From Planctomycetota bacterium (lineage in GTDB: Bacteria; Planctomycetota; Phycisphaerae; Phycisphaerales; SM1A02), in assembly GCA_009926815.1 (NCBI GenBank), contig RFOC01000001.1, positions 1 through 30,228 of the forward strand: 30,228 nt of DNA, written 5' to 3'. Below, piece by piece: positions 23,490 to 30,228 of this stretch (position 1 is its first letter; each line of letters opens with the position of its first letter). The position numbers and the translations under genes were made by a program. Under the pieces are notes generated by a model. It saw only the letters and a program-made list of their open reading frames with translations. It had not been told where the DNA came from and did not search any database.

Positions 23490-24434
23490 TCACGTCCAGG
23501 GCAGGCGATCCAGATCCACGTTGCCTCCGCAGATGACGATGGCGACCCTTCGCCAACCCGCCTCGCGGGCGAGCGAACGGAAGGCTGGACCGGTGGCGGC
23601 GGCCACGCCCACCGCGGCGCTGGCCTCGATCACCAGCTTGAGGCGCTCGAAGGTGAAGCGCATCCAGGCCGCGATCTCGGGTTCATCCACCGTCAGGACA
23701 TGATCCACGCGATCGCGCAGGATGGGGAAGGTGAGGGCGCCGATGCCCGCGCGCAGCCCATCGGCCAGCGTGGTCGCGTTGGTGGGTGGCTGCCGAATGC
23801 CGCTCGTCCTGCTTCGGGCCGCGTCATCCACGGCCTGGGGTTCGGCGCCGATCACGGCCACCTCCGGCCTGCACGCCTTCAAGGCTGTGGCGATGCCACC
23901 CACCAGTCCACCGCCACCCACCGGCACCACCACCGCCTGCACCTCGGGCCACTGCTCCAGGATCTCCAGGCCAATGGTGCCCTGTCCGCTGATCACGTCC
24001 ACATGGTCGAAGGGCGGCACCACCACGGCGCCGGCCAGCGTGGCTTCCCGGGCCTGCATGGTCGGCTCGCAGGTGATGATGGCGGCACCGGCCGCCTCCA
24101 CCGCGCGCCGCTTGCTTGCGGGGGCGTCACGGGGCATGACCACGGTGCAGGGGAAGCCTCGGGTCCGTGCCGCCAGGGCCAGGGCCAGCGCGTGATTGCC
24201 GCTCGAGTGGGTGACCACCCCCCGCGTCGCCGTGGACTCGGGCAGCAGCGCAACCGCGTTGGAGGCGCCCCGGAACTTGAAGCTTCCGCTGCGCTGCATG
24301 GATTCCATCTTCAGGCGGATCTCGCAGCCGGTCTCGCGCGAGAGCTCGCCGCCATCCAGCAGCGGCGTGAGGCGAGCGGCACCCCTCAGCCGATCTGCCG
24401 CGGAACGGATCGATGACAGCGAGACCTCGCCCAT
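23490..24434 (-). CDS. PLP-dependent serine/threonine dehydratase / serine racemase family (fold type II)
   Basis: LTPLL, LKMESMQRSGSFKFRGA (PLP Lys), THSSGNHA, GQGTIGLEI, VPVGGGGL, ADGL, IEASAA, ICGGNVD. Start 24434 chosen from alignment length and the upstream -10. Confidence 0.92.
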   Translation of the reverse strand: MGEVSLSSIRSAADRLRGAARLTPLLDGGELSRETGCEIRLKMESMQRSGSFKFRGASNAVALLPESTATRGVVTHSSGNHALALALAARTRGFPCTVVMPRDAPASKRRAVEAAGAAIITCEPTMQAREATLAGAVVVPPFDHVDVISGQGTIGLEILEQWPEVQAVVVPVGGGGLVGGIATALKACRPEVAVIGAEPQAVDDAARSRTSGIRQPPTNATTLADGLRAGIGALTFPILRDRVDHVLTVDEPEIAAWMRFTFERLKLVIEASAAVGVAAATGPAFRSLAREAGWRRVAIVICGGNVDLDRLPWT

Positions 24435-24441
24435 GCGCTGC

Positions 24442-24447
24442 AGCCTA
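24442..24447 (-). promoter_or_regulatory. Putative -10 hexamer TAGGCT
   Basis: 7 nt before ATG 24434. Confidence 0.5.
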
Positions 24448-24502
24448 GGTTCTGTCTGACGGATCCGCCGGGCTTCCATCCGCCCGGCATGCCGGCTGGC
24501 GT

Positions 24503-25489
24503 TCACTTCCCGGCCGGTTCCGCGTCGACGAAGTCCCACGCGTAGTCCTGGCGATGCACGGAGCGGTGCAGGCAGATCTCCACGCCCGAGACGCCCGGCA
24601 CCTGCCCCACGGCGGCACGCCACGCGTTCAGCTCGGCCTCGTCGCGCACGAACAGGTCCGCGATCACGCCGAACGGGCCACCCGCACTCAGGATCCATCC
24701 GGACTTGCCCAGGTTGGCCACGCCGTCCATCACGGTGCGGAGCGAGCCGTGGACTCGCAGGCACGCCGTGCCCTGAACCAGATTGCCCAGTCGAATGGGA
24801 TCCGGGAGAGCGATGATCTGGATGATGCCCGCCGCCTGCAGGCGCCGGAACCGGTCGGCTGCGCTCGTCGCCGAGATGCCCGCCGCATCGGCCAGGTCGG
24901 CGAAACTGGCGCGGCCATCGTGCTGCAGTCGGCGGATCATGCCGCGATCGACCGCATCGAACGCGTGGGGTGTCGGCAGATCGGACTTCGGGACCACGGG
25001 CCCGCTGTGTCTGGATGCCTGCGGCGACCACACCTCCAGGATCGGGGCGATCATCACGGAGTTCAGGTTGGCGTCGCTGCCGAGCATGCGATCAACCATG
25101 GAGACCACATCGCCAGGGGTGGGCACCGCGAAGTACACGATGATGTCGAAGGCTCCAAAGGCGGTGCCGCACCAGTGGACATGCGGCTCCTGGGCAAGCC
25201 GTGCCGCACTTGGACCAGGATCGCCCTTGCAGCGAAGCAGCAGCAGACCCTGGGCATGCAGCCCCATCATCGCGGGTGGCACGAAACCGAGGACCCGAAG
25301 CGCGCCATCATCGACCAGCTTGGCCAGTCGTCGACTGACGTTCGCCTCCGAGATGCCCGACCGCTCCGCGATCTCGCGGCCACTCATGCGACCGTTGTCC
25401 CGGAGGGCGTCGAAGATCTTCAGATCGGCGGGATCGAAGGGTTCCGGGAGCGTTCCGCGTTCAAACGTGGGCAGGTGCATCAGGGCCAT
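24503..25489 (-). CDS. Tandem (double) Lrp/AsnC-family transcriptional regulator (start 25489 or 25480)
   Basis: Two HTH modules, DPADLKIFDALRDNGRMSGREIAERSGISEANVSRRL and DAVDRGMIRRLQHDGRASFADLADAAGISATSAADRF, each followed by a RAM-like domain (AFGAFDII; AGGPFGVI). Confidence 0.88.
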   Translation of the reverse strand: MALMHLPTFERGTLPEPFDPADLKIFDALRDNGRMSGREIAERSGISEANVSRRLAKLVDDGALRVLGFVPPAMMGLHAQGLLLLRCKGDPGPSAARLAQEPHVHWCGTAFGAFDIIVYFAVPTPGDVVSMVDRMLGSDANLNSVMIAPILEVWSPQASRHSGPVVPKSDLPTPHAFDAVDRGMIRRLQHDGRASFADLADAAGISATSAADRFRRLQAAGIIQIIALPDPIRLGNLVQGTACLRVHGSLRTVMDGVANLGKSGWILSAGGPFGVIADLFVRDEAELNAWRAAVGQVPGVSGVEICLHRSVHRQDYAWDFVDAEPAGK

Positions 25490-25619
25490 GTGGGGAGAGG
25501 ATTCGAGGTCAGGTGCGCAGGCCGAACCCGGAGTTCCCGTCAGCAAGGGGGTTCAACGACACGCGGCTGGGTGGCATTGCAGCCGCATGCGCAAAACCGA
25601 CAGCGCTATGTGACGTCGA

Positions 25620-25629
25620 ATGCTAATAT
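25620..25629. promoter_or_regulatory. Overlapping divergent -10 elements (thiC leader / AsnC regulator)
   Basis: Plus-strand TG-c-TAATAT (25621-25629) ends 6 nt before the riboswitch P1. Minus-strand TAGCAT is at 25620-25625. Confidence 0.55.
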
Positions 25630-25635
25630 CTCCGC

Positions 25636-25730
25636 CGTTCGCTCGGGGCGCATGGGTCAATCCCGGAGATCCATGCTGAGAAGCACCCGCTGAACCTGAT
25701 CCGGTTCGTACCGGCGTAGGCAAGCGAATG
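25636..25730 (+). ncRNA. TPP (THI-box) riboswitch
   Basis: P1 CGTTCGCT/AGCGAATG, GGGGCGC...GCTGAGAAGCACCC, P3 GCATGG/CCATGC, TGAACCTGAT, P5 CCGG-TTCGTA-CCGG, GCGTAGG. Directly upstream of thiC. Confidence 0.95.
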
Positions 25731-25874
25731 TCGTTGATCGTTCATTGGAACACCTCCAGAGCGTCACATGACTCAGCCGCCGATCCCATCGGGCCCTTGG
25801 ATCCTTGCTTTTGCCGGCCAGGGCTTGGAAGAATCGGATTGCAAGAATGAGGACTTCGGCAGGAGAGCCGCATC

Positions 25875-27734
<1,860 letters not shown>

Positions 27735-27736
27735 AG

Positions 27737-28171
27737 CTAGAAACGGCCGGGCTCGGCGTGAAGCAGGCGACGGGCCAGCGAGGCCAGTTCGCCATCGGTG
27801 GCCCGGTCCATCGACTGCAGCGCCTCGACCCGGTCGGCCGCCGGGTGGCGGCGGGCGGCGGCCCATCGCAGCCATTCCAGCTTGGCGGATCCGGGCCCCG
27901 CCACCACGGCCCGATCGGCTCGTCCCACCGCATCCGCGATGGCCTGGAAGAAGGCGCGGGGGTCCGGTCGAATGCGCCCGCTGCCCTCCGCCTCGCTGCG
28001 GTCATGCATCCGGAATCGTGGCGGGGTCCAGTCGGTCTCGATGGTCCCGCCATCCACGATGTCGGCATCGAGGTAGAGCACGCGGGCCGAACGATGATCC
28101 ATGAGCACGGCCGCGGCGCGATGGGAGCGCGTGGCGTCGGGCGCCGCGCCGGTGTGCGTGACCGTGGACAT
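27737..28171 (-). CDS. Small eRF1/Pelota domain-2-like protein ('translational machinery protein' type)
   Basis: AVLMDHRSARV, FFQAIADAV, VVAGPGSAKLE, ALQSMDRATDGELASLARR. Family pattern recalled from memory. Confidence 0.65.
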   Translation of the reverse strand: MSTVTHTGAAPDATRSHRAAAVLMDHRSARVLYLDADIVDGGTIETDWTPPRFRMHDRSEAEGSGRIRPDPRAFFQAIADAVGRADRAVVAGPGSAKLEWLRWAAARRHPAADRVEALQSMDRATDGELASLARRLLHAEPGRF

Positions 28172-28177
28172 GCGTCC

Positions 28178-28216
28178 AGCATGCCTCTCGCCGGGCGCCG
28201 GGTGGCATGGCATACT
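28178..28216. promoter_or_regulatory. Divergent pair of CANNNT -10-like hexamers
   Basis: Minus-strand CATGCT (28178-28183) is 6 nt before ATG 28171. Plus-strand CATACT (28211-28216) is 7 nt before GTG 28224. Confidence 0.35.
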
Positions 28217-28223
28217 CGGATTC

Positions 28224-28637
28224 GTGAAGGACACGCGGCGGCACGAGGATCCGGATGGCGGCACCGGGACGGACCCGGCCTGGCTGAGCGCTCCCCCCAT
28301 GCGCTACCAGAACGGATACGCGTGGCTGCTGCTGCTCTCGGCGGCCGACGTCATGTTCACCTGGCACATTCTCCGGCGGGGTGGCGAGGAACTGAATCCC
28401 GTGGCCCGCCTGGTGATCGAGACGTGGGACCTGCCTGGCGCGATCGCCTTCAAGTTCGCGCTCGTGCTCTTCGTGATCGTCTCCTGCGAGATCGTGGGTC
28501 GCAAGCGTGATCGCTGGGGACGCGGACTCATCGGCACCGCGGTCTGCATCGCGGCGGTGCCGGTGGCGTGGAGCCTGGTCCTGTTCTGGACCCACGGTCT
28601 GCTGACGCGTCCCGCACCGGTGCCCAGTTCGTCCTAG
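28224..28637 (+). CDS. Small membrane protein, DUF5658-like (start uncertain)
   Basis: LLLLSAADVMFTWHIL..GGEELNPVA...AIAFKFALV, with three to four hydrophobic helices. Confidence 0.65.
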   Translation: MKDTRRHEDPDGGTGTDPAWLSAPPMRYQNGYAWLLLLSAADVMFTWHILRRGGEELNPVARLVIETWDLPGAIAFKFALVLFVIVSCEIVGRKRDRWGRGLIGTAVCIAAVPVAWSLVLFWTHGLLTRPAPVPSSS

Positions 28638-28661
28638 GTTCGCTGCGCCGGGCCCTGCACC

Positions 28662-29939
28662 TCACCGTCGCATCAGTCGCTCGATGTCGGCAATGGCACT
28701 GGGGATGTGCCCGGTGAGCACGCGCGGCCCGCGTCGGGTCACCAGCACGTCGTCCTCGATGCGGATGCCGATCCGCTCCTCGGGCAGGTAGATGCCCGGC
28801 TCGATGGTCACCACGGCGCCCTCGGCCAGCGGCTCGTCCGGCGTGATGTCGTGCGTCTCCAGGCCCAGATGGTGTCCCATGCCGTGCGGGAAGGCGTCGG
28901 CCAGGCCGGCCTTGCGAATGATCGCCCGTCCCGCCTCGTCCACCTGGTGCAGACGACGACCGGGTCGGCAGGCCTTGATGGCCGCGCGCTGCGCCTTCAG
29001 CACCAGCTCGTAGATCTCGCGCTGTCGAGCGGTGAACCGCCCGCTCACCGGAAGCGTCCGGGTGACGTCGGCGCTGTAGCCCGCCCACTTCGCGCCGCTG
29101 TCCAGGCACACCAGGTCACCCGCCTGCAGCATCTGGTCGTTGCCGTGGTAGTGCAGCACCGTGCTGTTGAAGCCGCCGCCGGCGATGGTGGGGAACGCCA
29201 GGTCGCGCGCGCCGCCCTCGCGGTACGCCTCCTCCACGTTCCGCTGCAGGTCGAACTCGTTCATGCCGGGCCGAAGCGTGGCCATGGCCACGTGGAAGCC
29301 CAGTCCGGTGATGCGGCCGGCGTGCTCGATGCACGCCACCTCGGCGTCGCTCTTGCGGGCCCGCATCTGGGCCAGCAGCTGGGAGCGATCCTGGATGGAG
29401 CAGCCGGGAATGCGCTCGCACGACCGTCGGAAGACCTCGAGGTCCGGGCTGACCGGGGCGGTGTGCGGCGAGAGCGGCATGAGCAGCGAGAGCGAGCGGG
29501 CTCGTCGTGCGGAGACGAGCAGCTGCCCGGCCAGCATGTCGGTCCGATGGATGGCGTCGATGCCCGTCCGCGCCTTCAGGGCGGCGCTGATCGGGTGGCG
29601 GAATCCGTCCCACTTCTCCCGCTCGGGATTGAGCGGCTTCAGGAACAGCCGGACGCGCCATGCCGGGTTGGGGTTGCCCGGATCGAGCAGCAGCACGGCG
29701 CCCGGCTCGTCGGTGATGCCGGTCAGGTACCGGAAATGCGCGTGCGGCATGTACGGGCCGTGCAGGCTTGGCTCGGCGTCGCCGGCGAAGACCAGGCCCA
29801 CGGAGCCGGCGATCGCCTTCAGGACCTGCTCGCGTCGACGCGCGAACTCGCGCGGATCGATGTGCGGCCCTGGCCCGGAGGCGCCACGGGCCTTGGGTGC
29901 GGGGCGGGCGGAGCGTCGAACGGTTCGGGTGCGGGCCAT
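28662..29939 (-). CDS. pepP: Xaa-Pro aminopeptidase (M24B)
   Basis: HFRYLTG, RARKSDAE, LHYHGN, CLDSGA..AGYSADVTRT, FPHGMGHHLGLETHD, TIEPGIY, GIRIEDDV. Confidence 0.92.
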   Translation of the reverse strand: MARTRTVRRSARPAPKARGASGPGPHIDPREFARRREQVLKAIAGSVGLVFAGDAEPSLHGPYMPHAHFRYLTGITDEPGAVLLLDPGNPNPAWRVRLFLKPLNPEREKWDGFRHPISAALKARTGIDAIHRTDMLAGQLLVSARRARSLSLLMPLSPHTAPVSPDLEVFRRSCERIPGCSIQDRSQLLAQMRARKSDAEVACIEHAGRITGLGFHVAMATLRPGMNEFDLQRNVEEAYREGGARDLAFPTIAGGGFNSTVLHYHGNDQMLQAGDLVCLDSGAKWAGYSADVTRTLPVSGRFTARQREIYELVLKAQRAAIKACRPGRRLHQVDEAGRAIIRKAGLADAFPHGMGHHLGLETHDITPDEPLAEGAVVTIEPGIYLPEERIGIRIEDDVLVTRRGPRVLTGHIPSAIADIERLMRR

Positions 29940-29946
29940 GCCGCGG

Positions 29947-29952
29947 AGGGTA
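29947..29952 (-). promoter_or_regulatory. Putative -10 hexamer TACCCT
   Basis: 7 nt before the pepP ATG 29939. Confidence 0.5.
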
Positions 29953-29976
29953 GGCGAAACCCACCGCCCGACCGGC

Positions 29977-30228
29977 TCATGCCGCCGCGCGCTTCGCCTT
30001 CGCCAGCAGCCGGCCCGCGTAGGTGTTCATGGCGTCGCGCAGCTGCTCGAAACTGTCCAGCACGTACAGGATCGGCTGGTAGTGGTCGATCTCGAAGCTG
30101 GTGTCGCACACGCGGTCCAGGTCGAAGGGCCGGCGCTCCACCTTGTCGCTCTCGAGCGAGTGACGGCTCTCGCCGGGGCTGCTGATGAGGCCGCTGCCGT
30201 ACACCTTCAGCCGTCCGCCCTCGCGGAT
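29977..30228 (-). CDS. phhA: Phenylalanine 4-hydroxylase family, C-terminal part (5'-truncated by window edge)
   Basis: IREGGRLKVYGSGLISSPGES.HSL...RRPFDL...FEIDHYQPILYVLDSFEQL matches the biopterin-dependent aromatic amino-acid hydroxylase C-terminus. Confidence 0.85.
   Translation of the reverse strand: MREGGRLKVYGSGLISSPGESRHSLESDKVERRPFDLDRVCDTSFEIDHYQPILYVLDSFEQLRDAMNTYAGRLLAKAKRAAA

Noticed and set aside
25609-25625. TGTGA CRP/FNR-like half site upstream of the riboswitch promoter
   Set aside because: The second half site (TCACA) is absent; a single pentamer is not evidence.

Overview
High-GC (roughly 70% by eye) bacterial chromosome segment, gene-dense, with about 30 CDS. It is most likely from a Planctomycetota (Phycisphaerae-like) organism; this is inferred from the VPxPG...RRRR sorting signal, the NusG C-terminus and several planctomycete-style hypothetical proteins. 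Most content is housekeeping: nusG 3' end, UbiA/MqnP-like prenyltransferase, CHAD protein, proS, ubiX, metG, metF, rex, argS, M42 peptidase, ribB fusion, LolA-like protein, TPR/peptidase-MA protein, chaA, PLP dehydratase, tandem Lrp/AsnC regulator, TPP riboswitch plus thiC, pepP and phhA 3' end. I found no CRISPR array, IS/transposase, integrase, rRNA or tRNA. The most interesting signals are: (i) a membrane-anchored PGRP/Amidase_2 protein whose third Zn ligand is Ser (SPG, not CPG/DPG), followed by a non-RD Ser/Thr kinase translationally coupled to a dCMP deaminase and an HExxH protein; (ii) TANNNT -10 hexamers 6-9 nt before 12 start codons, implying widespread leaderless or near-leaderless mRNAs; (iii) a perfect 26-bp inverted repeat after proS; (iv) a RibB fusion with a Zn-less GTP cyclohydrolase II domain, coupled to LolA-like and TPR-protease genes. 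All protein calls are from motif recognition only; no database search was run.
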